Assembly: GCA_040217195.1 (NCBI GenBank)
Contig: JAVJNR010000004.1
Coordinates: 640,001 to 704,000, forward strand
Direction: 5' to 3'
DNA: 64,000 nt
DNA from: Leptospiraceae bacterium
GTDB taxonomy: Bacteria; Spirochaetota; Leptospiria; Leptospirales; Leptonemataceae
The notes under the pieces: model-generated
Databases searched by the model: none
The model's input: the letters and a program-made list of their open reading frames with translations, nothing else
Told to the model about the DNA's origin: nothing
Translations under genes and position numbers: made by a program
In this document: piece after piece, positions 51,642 through 59,892 of the stretch
Numbering within the stretch: position 1 is the first letter of the stretch
Layout of the letters: every line of letters starts with the position of its first letter

Positions 51642-52894
51642 ACAGATCTCCTTCGCAAAACGAATAGTACCAGATGGATAAAATATGTGAAATAAAAACC
51701 AACTGTTAGAAGCAGTGCCAATACACCGGCAATCATTGCATCGCTCCAGAAAATACCCAGAACCAGGACAAGAACGGACAGTGGATAAATCCACAGGATC
51801 ACCGATGCAATCCAGGAAATACCTATATTCTGAGGCAATGGAACCTGCTTACCTCTCGCTCCGGATTGCAAAGCCATCCAGCTCATAAAAGGAAGAATCT
51901 TAAATCCCATACCCAGAGTTGCACTTCCAATGAATCCCAGAAGCATGACCATCACGGAGGCAAATGCAAAGCGATAGGGCTGTATCGTTGCAGTTAATGA
52001 GCCGGAATCGAATATACCGACTGCAAGAAATAGGGCCGCAATCAGAGGGAAGGCAAAGGATCCCAGAAAAAGAATCATTGGAGCCTCAAGTCTTCTTCGC
52101 ATTCTCTTGCGAACGCACTGAAACAGATAAACCAGGAAGCCACCATAACCAGCCAGGATCAGAGCGAATCCCAAAGCTGCGTTTGCAGCCCGGCCAGAGA
52201 TTGCACCTGGAAGTAGTAACAGAGGCGAAACCATCAAAAGAACCCCTGAGTATCTGGCCCATCGTTCGTTCATTCCATGACTCAAAATAAACATAGGCAC
52301 CAGACGAGTTCCCAGAGCCAGAATCATTAGAGAAAACCATCCCAGGATTCCGGTCCAGGCATGCCACTGGACGAAACGGAGCGCAGGCACATGGAAGTAG
52401 TAGCCGGAGGCCATGAGCATACCGGAAAGTGCCATTAGAAGTAGCCACACAGAGCCGATGAGCACCTGAATAGCAGAACTATTCCAGTGACCTTTTCCTG
52501 TGGTCCAGATTAGTTGAGCGATAAGACCCAGTATGGCCAGAAAAAGCAACCCTGCGAACCCGGGCATTAGTCCGGGCTCTATAAGTCGACTCAGTACAAA
52601 GCCAGTAGCTCCAATCCACCATAAAATCGATGTGATCCATGCAAGTAAACGGCTACCCAGCTTGCCTTCTACGACCACCGGAAGTAGCTGGTAGAGCACA
52701 CCCAGAATACAGGGACTGATGGTCAATAGAGTAAAGGTATGTAGAACGACTATGATTCCTGGCTGGTAGTAATGACCCTTAAAGTCATCCACAAAATATA
52801 CAATGCCCGATGAAGTGGCAATCCAGCCAATGAGACCCACGGCAAAGTTGCTTAAGAGCAAATCGTAATGATTCTCTTTTGCTTCCGGAATCAT
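51638..52894 (-). CDS. About 12-TM membrane protein, heme-copper oxidase subunit I/NnrS-like fold
   Basis: HTFTL...LYQLLPV, HAWTGILGW...LVPMF, GFKILPF; ATGA overlap. Confidence 0.7.
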   Translation of the reverse strand: MIPEAKENHYDLLLSNFAVGLIGWIATSSGIVYFVDDFKGHYYQPGIIVVLHTFTLLTISPCILGVLYQLLPVVVEGKLGSRLLAWITSILWWIGATGFVLSRLIEPGLMPGFAGLLFLAILGLIAQLIWTTGKGHWNSSAIQVLIGSVWLLLMALSGMLMASGYYFHVPALRFVQWHAWTGILGWFSLMILALGTRLVPMFILSHGMNERWARYSGVLLMVSPLLLLPGAISGRAANAALGFALILAGYGGFLVYLFQCVRKRMRRRLEAPMILFLGSFAFPLIAALFLAVGIFDSGSLTATIQPYRFAFASVMVMLLGFIGSATLGMGFKILPFMSWMALQSGARGKQVPLPQNIGISWIASVILWIYPLSVLVLVLGIFWSDAMIAGVLALLLTVGFYFTYFIHLVLFVLRRRSV

Positions 52895-53745
52895 GGCCGC
52901 CTGCCAATAAGAAGTCGAACATCTCCTGGTCCCTTGTGCGATATGCAATACTGATAGCCCTGTTCTGCCAGATGAGGAAATAGAAATCGGGGCTCTCTTT
53001 CATGATAGACGTACAGACACTGACTGCTTCGCATCTCCTGCAATTTAGAAAGGATCTTCATCATGGGCTCCGGAGGTGCAAGACCTACGACATTGATTCT
53101 TAGCACAACAGAACGAGCGGACTCAGAACGCCCCCTCACCAGAGCTGATGGCCGGGACTGGCTTTGATTGATGCCATCTTCTGAGATCGCTCTATTGGTT
53201 TTCTTCCCTCGGATAAATCGAGCTTCGAATCCATCCTCTGTTTCAACTATGGTTCCTTCCAGCCCCTTCTTTCTCAGCAAAGGCACCAATGGTTCCGGGG
53301 CAAAAGAATTCAATACGCAGAGTCCATCCCCCGGCTCCATTTGTGCTACCAGTTCCAGAATCTTTGACAGTGGCTCCTGGCCCTTTTCCATAAAGGGACG
53401 TGCATCCAGGTAGTGAATCCGCTCCGGCTCAATGCCTGCATATTGTTCCAGGAATGCCTCATTGTCTTGCTGTCCGGCGAAATCTGATTCCTGAATCTTC
53501 CGGGGCGATCTGCGAACGGAAAGCCCAACACTCTCCAGGGAGTCCAGAATGTCATCTGTACTAACGCCGCCAATTCTAGCTGCCATTGCTATGGTTACCT
53601 GCCCGGCCATGACCTTTCGAAGTACCGGGTTCCGTAATTTCTTGAATCGACCACTTACAGAAATTAAAGCATCAATCGCTCCAGGATGTGCGATAACGCT
53701 TGCAATCCTGGAATTTTCATCAACTGTGTCTCTAAGATCTTTCAT
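52891..53745 (-). CDS. DUF1858 plus tandem DUF2249 domain protein
   Basis: FKKLRNPVLR...VTIAMAARIGG; LDAR...EPL...NSFAPEPL; GLAPPEPM...HEREPRFL. Confidence 0.75.
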   Translation of the reverse strand: MKDLRDTVDENSRIASVIAHPGAIDALISVSGRFKKLRNPVLRKVMAGQVTIAMAARIGGVSTDDILDSLESVGLSVRRSPRKIQESDFAGQQDNEAFLEQYAGIEPERIHYLDARPFMEKGQEPLSKILELVAQMEPGDGLCVLNSFAPEPLVPLLRKKGLEGTIVETEDGFEARFIRGKKTNRAISEDGINQSQSRPSALVRGRSESARSVVLRINVVGLAPPEPMMKILSKLQEMRSSQCLYVYHEREPRFLFPHLAEQGYQYCISHKGPGDVRLLIGRRP

Positions 53746-53804
53746 TCGATACCTCTGTATAGAATTGCCCGGACGGATTCAGACCTTGCCATTGCAGAAG
53801 CGAT

Positions 53805-54074
53805 TCAGCTACAGCAGCCTCCTCCAAAGCCCAGTTGTCCGTCCCCCAGGCGAGTGATCTTCACCTGAAAAAACTGAGGACCTTCTTCCAGATACTCCCA
53901 TCCAAAAGCGTTGGGCAATTCAGCCTGCATTTGGTAATAAAGTGGTTTTGGATCGTGATCATTGTAGATTACAAACCATTCCCCGTTTTTCAGTTCATTG
54001 AACCGGCTGAAAATGGTTGGATGCTTTTCCCGAGGCTCCAGAACTGTAACGTCCAGAATATTTTGTTCGCTCAT
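53805..54074 (-). CDS. DUF2249 domain protein with C-terminal GGGCCS
   Basis: LDVT.LEPREKHPTIF, NDHDPKPLYYQ, WEYLEEGP. Confidence 0.88.
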   Translation of the reverse strand: MSEQNILDVTVLEPREKHPTIFSRFNELKNGEWFVIYNDHDPKPLYYQMQAELPNAFGWEYLEEGPQFFQVKITRLGDGQLGFGGGCCS

Positions 54075-54206
54075 TTTTATCTCCTTGATTGAATTGAATT
54101 ATAGTTTGACATTCATTGCTGGCAGTGGTCCAGAGTTCCGAACCCTTACTCCACCAGATATGCAGTTTCCAGAGTTTAGATTAGGCAGGATTCGCACGGT
54201 TCTGCC

Positions 54207-54220
54207 TTGATCCAGATCAA
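54207..54220. promoter_or_regulatory. Bidirectional FNR/DNR box
   Basis: TTGAT-CCAG-ATCAA; -10 TAAGCT on + (22 nt) and TAATCT on - (23 nt). Confidence 0.88.
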
Positions 54221-54283
54221 TGCGAATACAAAGTAGAAGGACTAAGCTCAGACTCTTCCCGTGAAGCTCTGGAGTAGAGAATA

Positions 54284-54796
54284 ATGAAAGATGCAGAGCC
54301 GTCGAACTCAGGAAAGCCGCCCACCGGCCAATCCCTTCAAGAACTTGTGGAGAAACTCTGCGAAGAGCATACTCGATTCTTAAAGCAAACTCTGCCAGAA
54401 CTACAAGAGCTTGCTTTCGAGATTCAGAATCCACCGTTGGTCCGATTTCTGGAAAACCTGTCCGATGAATTGCACGTTCATTTTCGAATGGAAGAGAGGC
54501 TGGTCTTCCCATTGATTCTTTCGCGTCTGGATCATCCAGGTCAGGCCATTGAACCGGCCCTGAGGCTGGCCTGTGATCATATGCGTGAAGACCATCGGAC
54601 CCATATGAAACATCTGCAGGTACTCCAGGCATTTCGCCAGCAGTTGGACGAGTCCCGGTACGATGCGCATAGAAGTGCTCTGAATGATACCCTGGAAAAG
54701 TTTTGCCTGGAGATTGAAAATCACTGCGACCTGGAGAATAAGTGGCTTTTTCATTACTGGCCCATGCTGGAAGATGAAAGTACAACTCTTCAGTGA
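54284..54796 (+). CDS. Hemerythrin-like protein (Ric/YtfE C-terminal-like)
   Basis: EH, HFRMEE.LVFP, HMREDH, HCDLEN..LF. Confidence 0.8.
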   Translation: MKDAEPSNSGKPPTGQSLQELVEKLCEEHTRFLKQTLPELQELAFEIQNPPLVRFLENLSDELHVHFRMEERLVFPLILSRLDHPGQAIEPALRLACDHMREDHRTHMKHLQVLQAFRQQLDESRYDAHRSALNDTLEKFCLEIENHCDLENKWLFHYWPMLEDESTTLQ

Positions 54797-54872
54797 ACCT
54801 GGAAAATCTACAGCAGGGTCGCAGCGATTGAGGCATTACCTGAGACATTGCCTTTTTGCTTGACGGCCCCAT

Positions 54873-54895
54873 AAGATGCATATTAAATACATGTT
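54873..54895 (+). promoter_or_regulatory. NsrR box overlapping a sigma70-like promoter
   Basis: AAGATGCATATTAAATACATGTT, an 11-1-11 dyad fitting gATGyAT-N5-ATryATc; TTGACG at 54860. Confidence 0.85.
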
Positions 54896-55066
54896 ATGAG
54901 GCCCGGCCAATCAATTTTTATAGATGATGCCAGGTTTATGGCAGGGCCCGGTAATTCTCCTGAGATGACTCTTCAGGCCTCAGCCCGGAAGATGCGGACC
55001 ACATTCGTTTCCGAGCTGTTGAGGTGTATGACCTGTCATGGAGGCCAGGAGCTCAGGAGGGCTGCA

Positions 55067-55510
55067 ATGCAACTAACTACATTTACCGATTATTCATTGA
55101 GAATACTGATTCATGCATCCTTGAAGAGTCCGGATTTATCTACCGTGGCCGAGGTGTCCCGGCAATTTTCCATTTCTAAGAATCATGTGATGCGGATAGT
55201 TCAATTTCTGGGCCAACATGGTTTTCTTCGTAACATAAGGGGAAAGTCTGGAGGGTTTACACTCGGGAAAAGGGCGGAAGAAATATCCCTGGGTGAGGTG
55301 GTAAGATGCACCGAACAGAACCTGACCATAGTTCCCTGCTTTGCAGACGAGGTTCAGGGCGAACGATGCACCATTGAACCATCCTGCCGACTGGCTGGAA
55401 TCCTGAAGGAAGCCTTATCTGCTTTCCTGACGGTTATGGATGGCTATACGGTTCAGGATTTATTGACCGAAAGCCGGGGATTGAGGCAGTTACTGGGGCT
55501 TAAAGGTTAA
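55067..55510 (+). CDS. nsrR: NO-sensing Rrf2 family regulator
   Basis: MQLTTFTDYSLR, SKNHV, RGKSGG, three Cys (PCF...CTIEPSCRL); AGGAGG RBS. Confidence 0.88.
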   Translation: MQLTTFTDYSLRILIHASLKSPDLSTVAEVSRQFSISKNHVMRIVQFLGQHGFLRNIRGKSGGFTLGKRAEEISLGEVVRCTEQNLTIVPCFADEVQGERCTIEPSCRLAGILKEALSAFLTVMDGYTVQDLLTESRGLRQLLGLKG

Positions 55511-55585
55511 ACAGGCAACCCGCTTCTGACTGGATCCGAATGACAGACAAGGACGTAGAAAATTGATAAAATCGAGGAACGAGAT

Positions 55586-56056
55586 ATGAAACCAGGACAA
55601 AGCAAAACAATTGAAAGCGCAATGTCAGTATTCGCATACGTTGCAATGAGCATCGCTCTGATATTGGCACCGGCCTGTGGTGATGGCCATGACTCCCATC
55701 AAAAAAATGAAATACATTCCCATGCAGATGATCAAAAGCATGATGAGTCTCCGGTACAATTGAACAATGGGAAGAGATGGCAGGCTGATTCGGCTACCAA
55801 TGAATCAATCAGGAAAATGCAACAGTTGGCTTCGCAAAGGCCAGGTAATCCGTCCGTTGCTGGCCAAGAGTTACAAAAACAATTCAAGGTCCTATTGAAA
55901 GAATGCACAATGCAGGGACCCGCCCATGAGCAACTGCATGCCTATCTGCGTCCTTTACAGAGTAAAATAAAATCGCTGGAAAACTGCACCGACTGCCAGT
56001 CCAAAATGGAGGATCTCAATTCCTATCTCCATACCTATTCGGACTACTTTCAATAG
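55586..56056 (+). CDS. His-rich helical lipoprotein (DnrO-like)
   Basis: APAC lipobox, His-rich linker, LNNGKRWQAD, CTMQGPAHEQLH. Confidence 0.65.
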   Translation: MKPGQSKTIESAMSVFAYVAMSIALILAPACGDGHDSHQKNEIHSHADDQKHDESPVQLNNGKRWQADSATNESIRKMQQLASQRPGNPSVAGQELQKQFKVLLKECTMQGPAHEQLHAYLRPLQSKIKSLENCTDCQSKMEDLNSYLHTYSDYFQ

Positions 56057-56226
56057 GAATGGAAACCGGAAGCGAATCCAGATTCAAGGTAGACTTTTAA
56101 AGCCTGTCATTTACTGAGCAACCCGGAACTGATCATGATGTTCTGGTTCAAAACCAATCTGAACCAGAACGTGGGAGCTTTCCTTTTCTCGAGCCAGGGA
56201 GAAATCGGCTCTTTACGTAAATCCAT

Positions 56227-56254
56227 AAAAAACCGGCCGGGTATGAGCCCGGCC
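56227..56254 (-). terminator. Rho-independent terminator
   Basis: GGCCGGG-CTCATA-CCCGGCC-GGTTTTTT. Confidence 0.8.
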
Positions 56255-56367
56255 AAATCCCCTATTCTCAAGTTTCTTTGCAGGTAGCGACTGCCTGTTT
56301 CCTGGCAGAAGGACGATTCGAAATAACCGGTTTCGCCCTTTCTGTTAGTCTCAGGCATTGCTGATGT
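56227..56367 (-). ncRNA. Candidate FNR/DNR-activated sRNA (~140 nt)
   Basis: FNR box, extended -10 and intrinsic terminator, with no credible ORF between them. Confidence 0.55.
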
Positions 56368-56401
56368 GGACTTTCTATACCACAGAACAGCCTCCCACTC
56401 C

Positions 56402-56415
56402 TTGACATTTATCAA
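56402..56415 (-). promoter_or_regulatory. FNR/DNR box overlapping a stop codon
   Basis: TTGAC-ATTT-ATCAA (identical to 46406); TGG-TATAGA with the -10 22 nt downstream. Confidence 0.75.
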
Positions 56416-56657
56416 CCCATGGAAAAAAACCATAGTGCTCCGCCGGCAAAAAAGGAAAATAGAATCAGAAGCCAGATTCCATAAATTGGATGCGCGCGTC
56501 TCACTTCCATGAATTCCAGAGCAACTAGAGCAAACTTCGCAGCACTTAAAGCCAGAATCAAGATTAGAGAACCGGTGCGATATTCTGCGAATAGATACAT
56601 CCCCAGGATTAGAAGCAGAAGTACAAATAGAACGATGGTATTCAATTTTCGTATCAT
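56412..56657 (-). CDS. Cytochrome c oxidase subunit IV-like (NorF-like) small membrane protein
   Basis: KFALVALEFMEVR motif; TAATG overlap with norE. Confidence 0.75.
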   Translation of the reverse strand: MIRKLNTIVLFVLLLLILGMYLFAEYRTGSLILILALSAAKFALVALEFMEVRRAHPIYGIWLLILFSFFAGGALWFFSMG

Positions 56658-57247
56658 TACATTCCTCCACGAGCCAGTATGTAAATTGAAGGAAAGACCA
56701 GTATCCAGATCAAATCGCACATGTGCCAGAATACACCGATGGTTTCCACATCTTCATGATCGGCGGCTGAGTATCGCATCTTGCGGATTCCCAGGGCCGC
56801 CACAATCAGAAGAAAGGTGCCCACCACTACATGCAGAAAATGAAAGCCCGTAATTAGCCAGTACATGGTAAAGAATGTATCGTAATTCAGACCATAGCCG
56901 CTATCAAGCTTCTGATAGTATTCGAATCCTTTCAGGGCTAGAAAACCTGCCCCTGTGAGCACCCCCAGCCAGATAAGCAGCGAAGAGCGATTCTTCTGGT
57001 CCAGCCTTAGATTTCGAATTCCTTCGGCAACACACCAGCCTCCCACAATGAGAAGACCTGTATTCACAGTGCCCAGAGTTAGATTCAATGTTTGGGCTGA
57101 TTCCATAAAGGAATTTGCATCGCCGTATCTATAGGCGAAAAATACAATCAGTGCCGGAATAAAAGTCAGCATTTCGATTGATAGGATCATCCAAATCAGG
57201 ATCCCTCCTGGTGGATAATAAATTCTTTCACTTTGTTCGTGTTCCAT
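56657..57247 (-). CDS. norE: Cytochrome c oxidase subunit III family protein NorE
   Basis: YPPGGILIW, TGFHFLHV, FWHMCDLIW; nor context. Confidence 0.88.
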   Translation of the reverse strand: MEHEQSERIYYPPGGILIWMILSIEMLTFIPALIVFFAYRYGDANSFMESAQTLNLTLGTVNTGLLIVGGWCVAEGIRNLRLDQKNRSSLLIWLGVLTGAGFLALKGFEYYQKLDSGYGLNYDTFFTMYWLITGFHFLHVVVGTFLLIVAALGIRKMRYSAADHEDVETIGVFWHMCDLIWILVFPSIYILARGGM

Positions 57248-57373
57248 AGCATACTCACATCAGATCCGCCAGCTCCCTGGTTAGGCATAAGGGCTAATTG
57301 TTTCAGGTAACCAATGCCTGAACTGGAGGATTCTTCATTCACTATAATATAGGGAAAATATTATGGCCGGGCA

Positions 57374-57387
57374 TTGCTACAGATCAA
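57374..57387 (-). promoter_or_regulatory. FNR/DNR box, norE promoter
   Basis: TTGCT-ACAG-ATCAA; -10 TATATT 22 nt downstream on the minus strand. Confidence 0.75.
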
Positions 57388-57507
57388 GGAAGTTCCATTT
57401 TCAGAACGAAACGTTCCTGACCCATTTGTAAGTTCATCCGCTCTTTCATTCTAAGGTCTGGCAGGTAGCCGAATCAATGGTGTCGATACAGGAATGAATT
57501 ATTGAAG

Positions 57508-57580
57508 GGATCTATCATCAGAAAGTATCTATCATTAAGAGGGATCTATCATCAGGAAGGATCTATCATTAGGAAGGATC
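57508..57580. repeat. 17-bp tandem repeat, 4 copies plus a partial
   Basis: GGATCTATCATCAGAAA, GTATCTATCATTAAGAG, GGATCTATCATCAGGAA, GGATCTATCATTAGGAA, GGATC. Confidence 0.9.
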
Positions 57581-57587
57581 AAGGAGC

Positions 57588-58211
57588 TTACTGTTCATCC
57601 AGCAGACGAACGTAGCCATCATTTTCAGTGATCCTACCTTGCTTTTTAAGGGCCGTGAAAGCCCGACTGAAAGCTTCAGCAGATACTCCAAGATACAGAG
57701 CCACCTGGTTTTTGGGAATATTAAGATAGACTTCCTTTTCTGCAGCTCCCAGAGCCTCCAGAAAAAAAACCACCCGCTCCTCTGTTGTATGCAGCATTAG
57801 CAAAGTAGTTTTATTTTTAAAGAACTCTGCATTGGAGACAAAGTCTTCCTGAAAGCATTGCTTTAAATCAGGATGCTTTTGCATCAGGGAAAGGCATTCA
57901 TCTACCGGGATATAGATGACTGCACCGTCGCGAACCGCCTCGCACGATGCAGGATAAACAGGCATGGTCTTCAGCATGGGAAGAGCGGCAATAATGGAAC
58001 CAGGGAAAAAAAAGTTAAGGATGGCTTCCTTTCCAGCTTCATTCAATTGATAGATCTTAAAAATTCCCTTATCTATTACGTAAGGCCCCCGAAACCCATC
58101 TCCCTGCAAAAATACGGTTTCTCCGGCTTCCAGGGTAATTCTCCTGGAAACACTCCGCAGTTTATCGCGACAGGGTTCGGGCACTCTATTCCAGAATTCG
58201 CTCTCCGGCAC
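57588..58211 (-). CDS. Crp/Fnr family regulator (Dnr/NnrR-like)
   Basis: cNMP-type beta-barrel, YPAS, HTH EAFSR (E-x-x-S-R); no FNR N-terminal Cys cluster. Confidence 0.88.
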   Translation of the reverse strand: MPESEFWNRVPEPCRDKLRSVSRRITLEAGETVFLQGDGFRGPYVIDKGIFKIYQLNEAGKEAILNFFFPGSIIAALPMLKTMPVYPASCEAVRDGAVIYIPVDECLSLMQKHPDLKQCFQEDFVSNAEFFKNKTTLLMLHTTEERVVFFLEALGAAEKEVYLNIPKNQVALYLGVSAEAFSRAFTALKKQGRITENDGYVRLLDEQ

Positions 58212-58246
58212 AAGGGCACATTGAAAGGATCGCTGCTAACTTTCAA

Positions 58247-59884
58247 TCAATTGCCGGCAATTCTGCTGTAAAAACTTATTAGTAGCTCGGGCATATGACG
58301 GAGATTCAGGGCTGACTGAGTAAAAGAGCCAAATACATCCCTGGAGCGGTCAAAGGACAACAGATGTATGCCAATTCCCTCTGCCTCCGCTTCTTGAATG
58401 GCATGTCTTACATCTTCCTGACCATAACGACCTTCGTATCTATCATAGTCATTGGGATGCCCGTCGGTAAAAAGCACGATCCATCGATGTCTGCTTCTTC
58501 TTGGTTCCAGAATCGCTGTAGCATGACGCAGAGCCGGACCGATGCGAGTATATCCCCTGGGTTCCAGACCCATTAATCGGTTTCTGGAATTGGTCCAGCT
58601 TTCTTCGAACCCATGTAGCTTATTCACCTGGCAGTTATGCCTGGTTTTTGAAAAGAAGCTGTAGCAGGCAAAAGGAAGGTTAGCATCCGCAAGAGCTTCC
58701 CCGAATAGTAGCATGGCATCCCTTTCTGCATCCAGTACACGAATGCCATTTTTGTAAGAATCTGTGGAAAGACTATTATCCAGTAGCAGGAGCAAGTCCA
58801 CGTCTCGCATATTTCGACGTCGTTTTCTGTATAATCTCTCAGAAGGAGTATGGCCGATGGAGCGATCCACCAGATATTCCACGGCCGCATCCAGATCAAT
58901 ATCGTCCCCCTGCACCTGACGGGGTTCTGGAGAAAAACGATTCAAGATCCGATCCAGATCATGCTTTAGCTTAAGCAAGGTTCCGTGATTTTTCTTGAGA
59001 ATGACTTCTGCACCCTGTTGACTCTGATTGGGCTCAGATTCGGTGACACTGCAATGATCCCTGCGAAAGGTCTTTTTCTTGAAGTCCCATTCAGGATAGA
59101 GAAATGGTCCGCGGGTATCGCCCAGAATTTCTGATGCGAAACCCGCATGATCGGATTTCAAGTAACCTTCTGAGCTTTCTTCTGTGCGAATCACCTGATT
59201 AAACTGTAGCTCCTCCAGGGCCTCCGACATTTCTTCTATCTGGTCAGCACCATCCAGTTCTCTCCAGTTTCCGTTGAATTCTTCCAGGGTTTCAATCTTT
59301 TCAAAGCTATGATTCAGGGTATAATCCTCAATCTCCTTCTTGTTCTCTTTGACCTGGTCAACAGAGGAGTCCATATGAATGCTTTTTTCCGTCTGTCGCT
59401 TCCCAACCTTGATGGGATCGTCGTTTTCAAGATTCTCCGGCTTCAGAAAGGCGCTTGCCGGCAGTCGATTCCCGGAGATAAGCGATTCCAGTCCCAATTC
59501 TTCAAGACCGGAAAAACAGGTACGCTCTTTTTCTGTATGATTTCTAATTACGAATGGATCTGGAGGAAATAGCTCTAAGTGCAGGCAGGCCTGCAGTATA
59601 CGAACATTGTATAGATCCGACAGCAGCCAGTGCACTGAATGCGATCCGGATTTGCGAATCTTTCTTTGCAATACCTTGCTTTTACCGGCCATATAGGCCA
59701 GGGAAGGCAGCCGAATCTCCCCCTCTCGAAATCCACCTTCATCGCCAGACAGTGAAATCTGAATGGAATAACCGGCAAGCAAACAGCCCAGAAGTCGAAA
59801 TCGGTCCAGGTCTAGTTCTTCAATGGATGGAGTGCGACCGAATACTCTCCAGAGCTTCTGAAATATTTTTTGATCCAGTTCCAG
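58247..59884 (-). CDS. norD: NorD VWA-domain activation protein (probable CTG start at 59884)
   Basis: YPEWD, DNSLS (MIDAS), YTRIGPALRHA, TDGHPND; frame open to CTG 59884 behind AGGA. Confidence 0.9.
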   Translation of the reverse strand: MELDQKIFQKLWRVFGRTPSIEELDLDRFRLLGCLLAGYSIQISLSGDEGGFREGEIRLPSLAYMAGKSKVLQRKIRKSGSHSVHWLLSDLYNVRILQACLHLELFPPDPFVIRNHTEKERTCFSGLEELGLESLISGNRLPASAFLKPENLENDDPIKVGKRQTEKSIHMDSSVDQVKENKKEIEDYTLNHSFEKIETLEEFNGNWRELDGADQIEEMSEALEELQFNQVIRTEESSEGYLKSDHAGFASEILGDTRGPFLYPEWDFKKKTFRRDHCSVTESEPNQSQQGAEVILKKNHGTLLKLKHDLDRILNRFSPEPRQVQGDDIDLDAAVEYLVDRSIGHTPSERLYRKRRRNMRDVDLLLLLDNSLSTDSYKNGIRVLDAERDAMLLFGEALADANLPFACYSFFSKTRHNCQVNKLHGFEESWTNSRNRLMGLEPRGYTRIGPALRHATAILEPRRSRHRWIVLFTDGHPNDYDRYEGRYGQEDVRHAIQEAEAEGIGIHLLSFDRSRDVFGSFTQSALNLRHMPELLISFYSRIAGN

Positions 59885-59892
59885 AGTGTTTC

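Noticed and set aside
55563..55575. FNR-like TTGAT-AAA-ATCGA
   Set aside because: Spacer is only 3 nt and the site is too close to the start codon
56300..56345. c-di-GMP-I riboswitch (GGCGAAACC on the minus strand)
   Set aside because: Lacks the GNRA-capped P2 stem and GCAAAGC/P3 context
56107..56670. 187-aa minus-strand ORF
   Set aside because: Overlaps the NorF-like gene out of frame, runs through a terminator and shows no family motifs
57508..57580. tetO-like operators (TCTATCATT)
   Set aside because: Only direct-repeat half-sites, no dyad and no adjacent tetR/tetA
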